A DNA stretch of 63,416 nt, the filler included, from Choristocarpus tenellus KU-1152 (taxonomy: Eukaryota > Protista > Phaeophyceae), in NCBI GenBank assembly GCA_964200185.2. It is 12 parts of 12 records of this genome, joined end to end, with 100 filler letters (N's around TTAATTAATTAA, not from the genome) between each part and the next. Parts side by side here need not be neighbours in the genome. Positions count along the whole stretch, not along the records: positions 1 to 4,706 come from CAXNAD020013390.1; positions 4,807 to 16,365 come from CAXNAD020002255.1; 10 more parts are not named here. The stretch is one strand, 5' to 3'. Below the pieces are notes generated by a model that was not told the DNA's origin, searched no databases, and saw only the letters and a list, made by a program, of their open reading frames with translations. Below are positions 1-11,800 of the stretch, one piece after another. Every line of letters starts with the position of its first letter. The first letter of the stretch is position 1. Position numbers and translations under genes: made by a program.

Positions 1-40
1 CCAAATGGACGCGGCCCTACCCTCTAAGATACTTTGGCTC
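1..40 (+). mobile_element. MITE family A, right end only (contig start), abutting copia gag
   Basis: CCAAATGGAC box followed by TACCCTCTAAGATACTTTGGCTC, the same terminus as the full copy at 3702-3958. Confidence 0.9.
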
Positions 41-3000
41 ATATGACCACAGAGGTAACAGGAGAAACAAGGACCTCGGGGGCTATGGCGCTGCATATAG
101 GGGCAGAGTCACAGACAAGGAAACTGAGGTCTAGGAGCGGCCTCAGTTCAAACCAATGTACGTTGCCAAGGATATAATCACCAGTGGCGAGAATGCTGCT
201 CATATTTGGATGACCAACCTCCTGCTAAGCGCCCCCAGGGGTCGACGAAACCACAATTTCCACCACCACCAACCAAGAGACGGAGCAAAGGTGGCAGAGG
301 TGGAGGCAAGGCAAATCGGCAAGGATTATCAAAAACATTTCTGGCCATGAATGTGTCTGTGGGGTAGGAAGTGTATGACAGAATGGAGGAGGCAGCACAT
401 CTATCCTCCACTAAAGATCTGACCAAGACGAAGACCATCAGCCTACTATGTGACTCGGGGGCAAATGTGCATCTTACCCCAAGACTGCAGGACCTCACTG
501 CAGCAACAAAGATCACTCGCATCTGCACATTTGGTAATAAAGGTACACTCGAAGAGAAGGCAACTGGCGAGATGATGTTGAAAGCCAATAACGAGAAGGG
601 CAAGCCGACCAAGATTGTGCTCCAGGATGTGCTCTGGGTACCTGGTCTACCATGTAGACTTCTTAGCACAGGTAGCCTGCGGCGCAAGGGAGGTGAATTT
701 GTGGAATCTGGGATTAGAAGAAGCTACATTCTACCCAACAAAGGGGCAGCCAAGATCCATTTGGAGGAGAAGGGTGCTTTCCTGATGCTGAAGGTCCAGT
801 TTCAGGCAGACAATAGGAAGAAGGGCCAGCCCAAGGTCAATGCAAGCTTCGCCAACAAACAACAGCGTCTCTCCCTCTTAGACGGGCATAAAATAATGGG
901 TCACCTCAGCCCCTTTGCGATAAAGCACCTTGAAAAACGAGGACTCCTGGATATCGCAGATGCTATAGTCACCTCTGAGCTTCACTGCAAGGTATGCAAA
1001 GAGTGCAAGTCTGAAGCACTCAGTTATGCACGGGGAGGCCACAGTCCCAAGACAGTGGGGGAGGTGGTACACACAGATATGGAGGGACTTTTAATCCGGA
1101 CGTGACAGGAATGAAATATTTTCAGGTGTTCGTGGACGAAGCTAGCAGGGAAAAGCGTGTGATAGGACTGCGTACCAAGGACGCCGCTACAGCAGTCACT
1201 GCCGCCTACATAGATGAAATGGCTCGGGATGGGGTGGTAGTGAGATGCATCAGTGGAGATGGCGCTGGCGAGTTCGGAAGGAGCATAAGGTTCCAGCGCA
1301 TGCTGTCAGAGCGGGGCGTGAAATGGCGCAAGACACCCCCACGCACGCCCCAGAGCAACGGTATTGCTGAGCGGGCAATAAAACAGATTATGCAAGCTGC
1401 TCGCAGCCAGTTGATTCAAGCTGGAATGGGGGAGGAGTTCTGTTTTTTTGCAGTGGCAGACGCCACATTCAAGACCACTGGAATGTCACACGAATACTTG
1501 GGAGGCGAGACACCATATGAGCGCCTGACCAACACACCCTGTAACTACAAATGACTTCGAGTATTTGGGACAGAGTGTTTTGTACATCGAACCAAGCAAC
1601 AGCATGGCGCCAATGCTAAGTTCCACCCATATGCAAAACGGGGGATCATTGTTGGACATGACAGAGCGTCATTATGCTGGCACATATGGATTCCACACGA
1701 GGGTAAGCTGGTGACCTCAGCACAAGTGTCTTTCCAGCCTGAAGCCAAACTGCTGGAGTTAGTGGGGGAGTCAGAGCTGGACATACTGGAGGAATAAGAG
1801 TTTGATGACGACATGGACATGGGCATGAAAAATGAAGAAGAGGCTTCTGCAACAGGAAGCGAGGCAGACATGACTGAGGGTGAGAACCAAAATATTGGGC
1901 GTAGGGCTCAAGATACAAAGCACCCAGCATCCCCCCAGAGTCAAGAAATTTCTACCAGGATGGGACAACGCCAGCGCATGGATAGGGCTGCACAGATGGC
2001 AGCCAAGCGCCTAACCCCACACTCTGGACTTCGGAGATCTGCCAGGCAGGAGCAACGCCAGCAGGTAGCCTACACATCTCAACTATGTGATCAGGAAGAA
2101 GAAGAAGAAACAGCCATTAACCATTTCGTGTCAACCCTCGTGCAGCAGAATAATGAAGAAGTGTACAGTTTTATGGGTCTCATGGGGGAAGTAGCAGCAG
2201 GTCCAGACGAGCCATCTACAACCAAAGCAGCCTTGAATGGGCCAGATGGTGAGCAATGTCAAGAGGCAATGGGGAAGGAAATGTCAGGGTTATGGCAAAA
2301 GGGAACTTTTAGTGATAAGGCCCTGCCCCAAGGGAGGAAGGCAATCAAGACACGATTTTATTTCAGGATCAAGCGCTTGGCAGACGGGTGAGTGGAGCGA
2401 TATAAGGCAAGACTTGTGGCCCGTGGGTTCACCCAAAATGCAGGAGTGGACTTCTTTGAAACCTTCAGCCCGGTGGTGGGATATGACACACTACGATGCA
2501 TCATATCAGTCGCAGCGTACAGAGGTTGGAGCATAGACGCCCTGGACTTTACACAGGCCTAACTCAACGCGGATCTGCAGGAGGACATCTGGCTGGAGCT
2601 TCCTGATGGCCGCACAGTCAAGGCCGAGAAGGCAATTTATGGGCTGAAGCAGTAAACAATGGAATGGTACCATAAACTACGCAGTATCATTATATCAGAG
2701 GGATGGACAAGCAGCCAACATGACGAGTGCCTCTACTTCAAGAAGAGTGAAGACGGACGCATTGCCATTCTCACGACCTATGTGGACGACGCCTTCACCA
2801 CTGGGGACTTCACAGAAGAAATACAGGGGACGAGGGCATCATTGCTGGAAAAGTACGAGGGGTGAGACTTAGGTACACCAGACAAGCTAATTGGCGTGGG
2901 CATCACTGTGGGTGAAGATGGAATCACCTTGGATCAACAAATGTACGCTAAAAGCATTGTTATGGCTGGAATGGGTACTATAGAAATACGAAAGACATCA

Positions 3001-4055
3001 ACACCACTGGACCCCGGCATGGACCTCTCTGCTAAACAAGATCACGAGGAGGAGCTAGATCCCACCATATACCCCTATGCCAGTATTCTTGGGAAACTCA
3101 TGTTCTTAGCAGGCATGACTCGACTAGATCTGGCTAACAGTGTTCGTGAATTGGGGCGTAGAGCAGTATCTCCATGCATGAGACACTGGCGCGAACTACA
3201 GCACGTTCTGCGCTACGTAGCAGGGACATTGGATGTCTGCAATTATTATAATCGAGGAGACAAATATATGAACGAGGGGGACGAAGAACTTCTAGTGGGT
3301 TATGGAGATTCTGACTGGGGCACAGACTCCCAAACACGCAGGAGTGTCACAGGCTACATGCTACTGTTAAACAAGTCACTGATTGCCTGGCGCTCCAAAC
3401 TTCAAGGTGCTGTCACCCTCTCCAGCTCGGAGGCAGAGTGGACGGCAATGGCGTATGGCATGCGCCACTGCATTTTCCTTCAAGGCATTCTGGGGGAGAT
3501 TAGCATATTACAGGATCAGACTCCCTGGTTCTGCGACAATCGTGGTGCTATACAGGCGAGCAGAATCACAGGTTACAATGGGAGAACAAGACACGTAGAC
3601 ATGAAGCTGAAGTGCACTAGGGAATATGTGGACCAAGGCCTGTTTCATGTAGAATATGTTCCAACATTGAAACAACTAGCTGACATTTTGACTAAGCCTT
3701 TGAGTGAAAGTATCTTATAGGGTACGGGTTTTGCCCTGTTTGTCCATTTGGGGCTTGGCTTCTCATGCCTTTTTTATGACATTTTACATACTCCAAAATG
3801 TTTCTGAGTAGTTAAAAAAATACCTATGAAAAGTTGTGTCCAGAAGACAGATATTGACACTTCCTAACAAACACGATGACCAACATTGCATCAAAATCGT
3901 AACATTGGATTTTGACCCCCAAATGGACGCGGCTTTACCCTCTAAGATACTTTGGCTCCTTTGTGTAAGAATCTTACTTCGAATTTTGTGCATTCTGTGC
4001 TTTCGCATCGGGGGTGAGCTTTTGCCTTCAACTTTGCTGCACGCTCATGGGGGAG
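41..4055 (+). mobile_element. Decayed Ty1/copia LTR retrotransposon, internal gag-pol region
   Basis: Frameshifted CCHC knuckle near 157-198 (C..CQGYNHQWREC); protease LCDSGANVHLT; pre-integrase H..MGHL/CKVC; integrase VHTD, YFQVFVDE, DGAGEF, TPQSNGIAER; RT YGLKQ, YVDD; RNase H GYGDSDW, SSSEAE, QLADILTKPL. Order PR-IN-RT-RH is copia. Several in-frame stops and frameshifts. Removing the MITE at 3702-3958 plus one TSD copy restores TKPL-CKNLTSNFVHSVLSHRG*. Polypurine tract GGGGGAG at 4049-4055. Confidence 0.95.
3702..3958 (+). mobile_element. MITE family A, full copy (257 bp), TSD CTTT
   Basis: GAGTGAAAGTATCTTATAGGGTA...TACCCTCTAAGATACTTTGGCTC; CTTT at 3698-3701 and 3959-3962; interrupts copia RNase H. 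Confidence 0.95.
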
Positions 4056-4260
4056 TGTACAATATAGGCTGATAGTCTATATGGTTTATAGGTGTTTAGT
4101 GAGCACTACTAAAGACAATAGGAATGTTGGCTAAGTGGAACAAGTGTCATCGACTTGTGTTCGTGTGCTTAAAGTAATACGTTCAAGTCTCAGATGGTCG
4201 ATTTCTTATTACTTGATATAACTGGACTGATGGAGGAGTTCTGAAAATTTTCTAGCTACA
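4056..4260 (+). repeat. Probable 3' LTR of the copia element
   Basis: Starts TGTA directly after the polypurine tract; a TACA at 4257-4260 is a plausible end. The 5' LTR is not in the window, so the right boundary is unverified. Confidence 0.5.
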
Positions 4261-4348
4261 CAGGATAAGTGACATGATACGGTGTAACGGCAGGACACAT
4301 TTTGATGCGTCAGCTGATGTGTCAGCTGATATATGTGGTAAACAATAA

Positions 4349-4460
4349 GATAATAAGAGAGAGCACCCCCCACCACCGAGGGTAGTGCTCACTCCGCTAA
4401 TAAACACATCCATACCACACAAAGCAAAATACTATATTTGAGTAGCTCTAATTTGCAAAG
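4349..4460 (-). repeat. Dispersed repeat with GC hairpin (copy 1), possible Helitron 3' end
   Basis: Aligns over about 110 bp with 50235-50346; hairpin stem GAGCAC/GTGCTC. Confidence 0.6.
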
Positions 4461-4652
4461 AAACCAACACTATCGAGTTAATATTAGCCTTTCATCTACA
4501 TAACTAAGGATGAATAGCAAGAGATAAAAAGAGTGGCTAAAATCCAAAACGGGCGAAATCTGGACAACTCTCGTTTAATTTGGCTTAGTTTCGACACGCA
4601 ACAATGAGTCAACAACTTCCTGAGTACAATACTTTACTTTGCCACACAACAA

Positions 4653-4706
4653 GGGTCAAAGTATCTGGGGGGGGGATGTCGGCGTCCGTTTTTCACCCTT
4701 TTTTCG
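4653..4706 (+). mobile_element. TIR element family D, end fragment cut by a contig gap
   Basis: GGGTCAAAGTATCT-G run-ATGTCGGCGTCCGTTTTTCACCCTTTTTTCG, nearly identical to 60638-60704. Confidence 0.8.
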
Positions 4707-4806
4707 NNNNNNNNNNNNNNNNNNNNNNNNNNNNNNNNNNNNNNNNNNNNTTAATTAATTAANNNNNNNNNNNNNNNNNNNNNNNNNNNNNNNNNNNNNN
4801 NNNNNN
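4707..4806. other. Artificial contig linker N44-TTAATTAATTAA-N44 (first of 11)
   Basis: Identical 100-bp spacers at 4707, 16366, 23489, 34135, 38179, 41155, 45220, 48073, 55068, 58068 and 60705. The 12-mer gives stops in all six frames. Confidence 0.98.
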
Positions 4807-5214
4807 CCCCAGGTACTTTGAGCTATTGGTGTGTACGATGGATTGGTTGAACCACCTCATTGGCCAATGAGATTATGCAAACAAGAGGGGGGGGTAAAAA
4901 ACCCTCTACTAGCAGACAAATCAAGAATCATTACACAGGCACTACATCATTTCAAGCACGTATTACATCACTTTTTTCAATTAGGACTAGGTCAATGTGT
5001 GTGTGTGTTGTGTTTCATGATCATAGTAGAAATTTGTGATGCCAAGAGTGAAGAGGAAATGCAGTTTAGAGAGAGACAGGTACGCAAAAATGGAGAGCAT
5101 TTTTGTGGAGATAAATTATCCATCGAGTACCTACCCTTACATCAAGCTACAGTAAAATATATTTTAATGTTTACCTGACGGACATGCTCAGAGGTGCCAA
5201 AAAAAAAAGGAAAT

Positions 5215-5622
5215 TGCATTCATGACTACATTAGTGACTACATTAATGACTACATTAGTGACTACATTAATGACTACATTAATGACTACATTAATGACTA
5301 CATTAGTGACTACATTAATGACTACATTAATGACTACATTAATGACTGCATTAATGACTACATTAATGACTGCATTAATGACTACATTAGTGACTACATT
5401 AGTGACTACATTAGTGACTACATTAGTGACTACATTAGTGACTACATTAGTGACTACATTAATGACTACATTAGTGACTACATTAATGACTACATTAGTG
5501 ACTACATTAATGACTACATTAATGACTACATTAATGACTACATTAGTGACTACATTAATAACTACATTAGTGACTACATTAATGACTACATTAATGACTA
5601 CATTAGTGACTGCATTCATGAC
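5215..5622. repeat. 12-bp minisatellite (GACTACATTA[A/G]T), about 33 units
   Basis: Perfect 12-bp period from 5224; variants AAT/AGT, TGC and AAC; bounded by TGCATTCATGAC on both sides. Confidence 0.97.
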
Positions 5623-5891
5623 AGATTGATGTCTACTGTCCGGTTCAGGGGATGCAGTACAAAACACAGTATAGGACCAGTTTGCGTCGTCTCTGTAGGG
5701 GAACTCCTGGCTTTGCGCTAACAAATGCTCACACATAAAATAAAAAAATAAGCTTTGTCTTGGGGATTACTTAGTGGGGGGCGGAGTAGAACTCAAAGAA
5801 GCGGCCACTCAATGGTCTGGAGGTAACCTTCCCGTGGAGAAAAGTTTGACTCCATGATCTCATCGAGGTGGACCTATCTGTTCTGGCGTAC

Positions 5892-8800
5892 CTGGGTTGT
5901 CTCACTCTTGGTGACGTCTTGAACAAGGAGGGGAGAGATAATGCAAGGTGGTCGTGCTGTTCGCCTAGTAGTCTCTCTCCTCTCACTCCCCTCCCCAACT
6001 TGCCCTCCCATGCCCCTGGCCTTGGTGTCCTTCCCTGTGTCCTTGCCTTTTCCTTTTTTTTTTGTTTTTTTTTCTTTATCAGTGGTCCCCTCTTGAGGCA
6101 TACCATCCTTGCCATCGCCGGGCTCGGACAAGAGCTCAGACTGAGATCGATGTGGGGATGAGGTTTGTGGTGTTCTTGTCATTGGCTTTGGCACTGGTGT
6201 GATACAACTTTACTTAGAGTTCTACATTGGACAGAGATCGATACCAAGTAGTACTGTATCAACAACAAGAAGGAGCCTCCTGTTAAATTGGTTCTAGTTG
6301 ACATGGATGGACAATTTTTTTCTTTGTAAGCATGGAAAGGTTACATATGATTTTACATCTTATATTTTGCAGCCTCCCCCCTCCCGAATGGTGGCATCAC
6401 TTGGCACCCCTCCACGAATCGATGTATAGACTGAAGAGATTGCCTCCACAAAGGTATTGTTTTGAACAAGAAATATCCCCCTCAACACGAGCTTACCTCA
6501 TCTATTTCCCAAGAGTGTGCTAGAGAGAAGATGACACACACAAGTTCATAACAATTGCTTTTAAAGCTCAGCACTTCAAGAAACAATTCAAGGTCAAGAA
6601 AGGCCAGGTAAAAGAGAGTGTGCGTATGACCACTTTGTCTAAGAGTGTCAGTTGTCTGTGGTTCAGGAATAGATTGGGGTGGAGAATAATAATAATAATA
6701 CAAATAATAATAATAATTATTATTTGTATTATTATAGTAATCGCACGTTTTTGGTTCTGATTTTCTTACTTAGAAGAGGTACTCAAGAGTATTTTGGTTC
6801 CACTTGGCGCATCCTACATCAAAACGCCTACATACAGTAAAGTTCACTACTCTCTGCTGTGTATCTTGCATTATCATGGAGAAGATAGTGAAGGATAACA
6901 AACAAGCTCCGGTAGAACTTTGGTGTATCAACATCTCAATGAAATTGAGGCCATGGCAATGCCCGACTTCGGCTTTGGGCCATCACCCCACTTGTCTCTG
7001 CTTTGTCCAAAAGTGTCCCAAAGTGTCCACCTCAATCTTATTGTTTTCCTCTGAGCACCACTGAAGTCGTACTTCACTCTATCCTTTTCCATCGCAATGG
7101 AGGGAGCGGAAAAGGTGATCCAGGTCAGACACTATACAACCACCCGGCATTTTGTTTCATGAGTTGAGATACCACAGTTCCACTAAGTTATAGTTGTTGT
7201 GAATTGGACAAGGAGGGGCAATAACCCACTGACAAAATTAATGTCGATTTGAACATGTCAATACCTCTCTGAGGCACACAATTAACAAATGGTCTTGCAC
7301 TGGACTAATGTACCCCTGAGGAATAGCGGCATCTTTATACCTTGGCATTAATTTGTTCTCAATTTGAATGTAATACTTGTCAATGGAAAATACATCCCAA
7401 TTCAACTGAGCTTGAATCCACTTGCTCACCAAGAAACACATGTAGCATCTATTTATTCCCCCAGAACTGAGCCATTGTGTAGCAGTAGCATGAGTAGGTT
7501 AGAAAGTGGATCAGAGAGACCGGATTCACTGAGTGCACTCTTCTTCAGGTCTGAAACGTCCCAACCATGTCAAGCAGCAACAGTTTCTAGGATGTTCATA
7601 TTTTCAACTCACCAGCACCAACTTCTTTCCATCCACAGACCCTTGCACACAGGAATGATGATAGTCATGGAGGAGAGACATACCAGCGTGGAACCGCTCC
7701 ACCTCTGCTTGCATCAGTAGCATGAAGTGATTGAAGACCATGCCAACCTGTCGCTCTACCCAACCTACAACCCATAAGTTAGGGAAGCGGGGTTAGGGTA
7801 AGCGGAGCTCAACCTCTCTCAATCCTCTCCAGTCCCTTGAGGGTAGTTTTTCGAGGCACTATGGTACAATCACTATGTTGGGAGGTATCACTACACTTCT
7901 AAATAGGTCAAGTACCAGAATACGTGGCACTCATCATGAGGTCACTCAGAATGCTTTGAATCAAGGCAACTACGTTATTTTGTATCCAGTATCTAGTAAT
8001 ACACTTTGTAATTGCTGACCAAAGGAATGAATATTTGAATATTTGAATATTTGTTATTGCAATAGCACTCGGTCACCAGGAATGAATGAAATGTTAAGTG
8101 AAGTCTATGCCTCCGGGAAGCTCACTCTGAATACATCAATGTCTTTTCCTTGATATGTATTTAGATAGGGACAATAATACAGCTATGTGAAAGTATCTTA
8201 GGGTTAGGGTACGGCTTTTGCTCTGTTTGTCCGTTTGGAGCTTGGCTTCCCATGGGGTTTCTTTATGACATTTTCCTGCTCCAAAATATATCAGAGTAGG
8301 TAATATGTGTACAATATGAAAAGGTGTGTCCGGAACAAGGATATGGACATTTCCTAATAAACACAATAGACAAAATTACATCGAAATCACAACATTGGAT
8401 TTTGGTCCCCAAATGGACGCAGCTCTGCCCTCTAAGATACTTTGGATCAACTGAGAGTTCAGCCTTGTCCCCTAGGATATAGTTTTCTAGCAAAGGTAGT
8501 CCCTACTCCTACCCCTCACCATCATTGCAGATCTCTGACAAGATCTTGCTGGCCAACGTTTTCCTGTCCTCTACCTCCTTCCATAGACTATCCCTGCACT
8601 CCTCTGCTTGAAGGAGAAGCTCCATCTGAGTACACTCCTTGAACCGCAGGTCCTGAATAGCAACCAGGCAGGTACATAAATTTAATAATGTGGATTGGGA
8701 CTGTACTAAACATTTCTTATTTTTACATTGCTAATAGCAGTCAGGTTAGTCACACAGTAAGACATGGTAAGATGTACCAACATGGTTTTGGGTTGCATTA

Positions 8801-11800
8801 CTTCTGACATTATGTGGATTCTTCATTGTGATGTGGGGGGTTGCAAGAGAGTGAGACAGCATTGGTGAGTGGTTCAGAAGGCTTTGTGATGTTGCCTTTC
8901 CACTAGCAGGTGCCGTGTGTGTGAGGTTTATGAGTTTCATTTATATACGTTATTGCTTGTGGCACCTTTAACACAGGCTCAGAATTGACAAGTATGACTG
9001 TGAAGTGTCCCAATGTTGACAGCCAAAGCCTTCTCTCCACCTCGTCTTTGAGCATAAAATCGCCTTCCCCATGACACGTTGGGTTTACATGGATCACTGC
9101 TTCAACTGTTCATGTTGATGATAATACACAAAAAAGAAGGAAGGGCATATACACTACCTGGTCGATAGAGTTGAAGGAGAGGCAGAAGGCGGTGATTGTC
9201 CTTTGCTTGTCATCGGGGCGGGTCATGCAGACCAAAAAGGAGTCCTTCAACTGCCGGATGTGGGTGCTCACAAGATAGCGTTGGTTGCGCAGCTCCCGAA
9301 ACACCTAATTGGAGTGAATGTATTGGTCTTTGGCAGCCTAGGAATGATGGGCACTACGACAAGTCACACCAGAATGGAAAAATATATAAATCACATCAGA
9401 CCTCCATCAGGGTGTGATCATGATAAAATTTGAGTCCTTCCTCTTTTCAACTGACGATGGCAGAGGCTATATGAGTTTATCCCTGACTACTTTTGCGAAT
9501 TCTGGTGAATATGTGAAACGTTTTTTCCCGGTGATGCTGTATTCACATGTTCTCATATGATGACCCAAAATTCGTGACAGAGTTAGGGCATTACCACACT
9601 ACTACTGTTTCAAACCGGTTGCCGTTGTACTACCTGTCTAACAGTCTCCTGAAATTGCTTCTCTGCCACATCCCAGTGTCCTGCAAGTGCTGCGGCCATC
9701 TCTCCGGACATGAACGCCTCCCTGATTTCCCCCTTATTTCCCTCGTTTTTGTCTGCCTCATCAATGCCAATGCTCTGGTCCTCTAGTCCTTTCCTACCAG
9801 CCACCCCATCTGAGATGCATATCTTGTCATGTACTTTTTGCAAGTCATCATTCCCCTCCCCATTCCCATCCTCTTCCTGAAGGGTGCTGGCTTCGACACC
9901 ATCGGCCGTCTCAGCCATTTTTTCGGTGGAGTCTGGAACAGGCTGTTCATCTCCGCGGAACAATTGTGGTTGTGAAATTTCTTGCCTTTCCTCTTCAACC
10001 TCAAACTCATTGGCAGTCCTTGAATCATAATTTTTTCCCTGTTGTTGTGAGGGGGCGGTGCCACATTGAAATGAATAAAATTCATTTGAAATTCATATGA
10101 AAAACCCCAACAACAATAAAATGCCAGCCTCAACAATACCATGCTTTGAAGTATTATCAAAATAGCAATGTGATAATAACATTGGACTAGTTCATTCCAT
10201 TGACCCAATGTGGCATCTAGCCTACCATGCACTATATTTTGTAGTGGTATCTGTAACACTCCAAAGTAGATGCTCTCAACAATACCCTTCACTTTTCAGA
10301 ATTTGAATTGAGGATTCGTTATTCTACGGTCAGGATTTTTTTTTCCTTTTTGAAACGCCTTCCACTGTGAGGATGTGGTTCTTGTGAGGAAACCCTTCCT
10401 CATCGTTGAAATAAAAAGCATTCTTGGATACCTTCTAGTTGATACCTGCCTCTTCTAATTAAATGTTTTGAAATGCTGGGATACTTTCCTACTGCAACTG
10501 TTGCATCTCTCTTCACGCCAATATCCTTTCCCTGCTGAACCCAATTGAATGCATACTAGGAAGGTCCTTTACACATTATTCTTGATTGATCCTTGCTGTT
10601 GTTGACCAACATTTAGCCACAGAGCGCCACAAAATGATCACAGAGCACTGTGCACGAGGGCTGTGACCATTGAAGGACTCACATTGAGAAACACCGAGCT
10701 GACAATGGTATTGAGCACTCCAAAGAGCGCGTCAGCTGTCATTCCGGTGCTTTCCACAATCCTCAGGGTGCGGAAGCGTTTGAGAAATGCCTTGAGTTCA
10801 TCTGCTTTGTGTGCCTGTGAATAATCCACATGGGTGATCCTTACAGCTTAGTGGGTAAGGACCAGCATTCCATTGGAGGCATTCACGGGTTGAAACCCAC
10901 CCATTGTGATATTTCTTTTCACAGAATTCTGGGGTGAGTGATCCAAATCCTGATGCGGAAAGCTCTATGAATTATACACCTTAATTATCCTATATGCCCC
11001 TATACCAGAATATATCGAGTGGTGTTCGAAAGGAAGTGGTGGGTCTACTTGTTGTGGAGTAATACCAAAGAATGAGAGTAGGTAGTATCAGTTGAGGGAG
11101 GAGATTGAGCATTGAGTAGTGGGATGACTGAAACCGATACTATGGAAGCAAGGGCATAATGGGGTTAGCACAATGGTAGTGACGTGGTATGGGAAGTGGG
11201 TCAAAGTATCTTAGAGGGTAGAGCCGCGTCTGTATGGCGACAAAAACCCAACGTTACAATTTGGATGTAATTTTGGCTATCGTGTTTTTTAGGAAGTGTC
11301 AGTATCCTTGTTCCAGACACACCTTTTCATAATGTTCACATTACACCTACTGCAAAACAATTTGGAGTAGATAAAATGTCATAAGAAACCCATGGGAAGC
11401 CTAGCCCCAAATGGACAAACAAGACAAAACTCTTACCCTCTAAGATACTTTCACTCAAGTAGTGCAGTGTGAACTCTGACCATGGGATAGGCTAGTCCCC
11501 AGGTCAATGTGAAGAAAAAACAAACTCGAAACACAAGATGATGGTGTGGCCCTGTAGGGGGTGAACAGGATATAACTAGACAAGCAGGGGAAGCTTAACA
11601 TCAACCAAGGTTTGGTAATTTCAGGACCTCGTTATGTGAAAAAAGAGAACTCAAAGTCAGCGCTTAGACACAGGGAGGTGGGGTTGGCCTTCTCGTCCAT
11701 CAATCTCATCTTTGGGGCACATGGTAAAATTAGCACTTTCCAATACAAAAGGTACTTGATGGTGGACGGGCAGTAAGGCATGTTACAAGGGACAATTTTA

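Noticed and set aside
1102-2900. Stop-codon readthrough or recoding in copia pol
   Set aside because: Mixed TGA/TAA stops plus frameshifts indicate ordinary pseudogenisation.
3784-4072. Recurring short ORFs such as QSILEGKAASIWG and PKYLGGGG
   Set aside because: Chance translations of MITE TIRs, not a protein family.
4707-4806. Recurring palindrome TTAATTAATTAA
   Set aside because: Always centred in a 100-bp N spacer; an artificial six-frame-stop linker.
5188-5736. Three overlapping repeat ORFs (DYIN, TTLM, NVVI), or a CRISPR-like array
   Set aside because: Open frames follow automatically from a 12-bp unit lacking stops in those frames. There are no unique spacers or cas genes.
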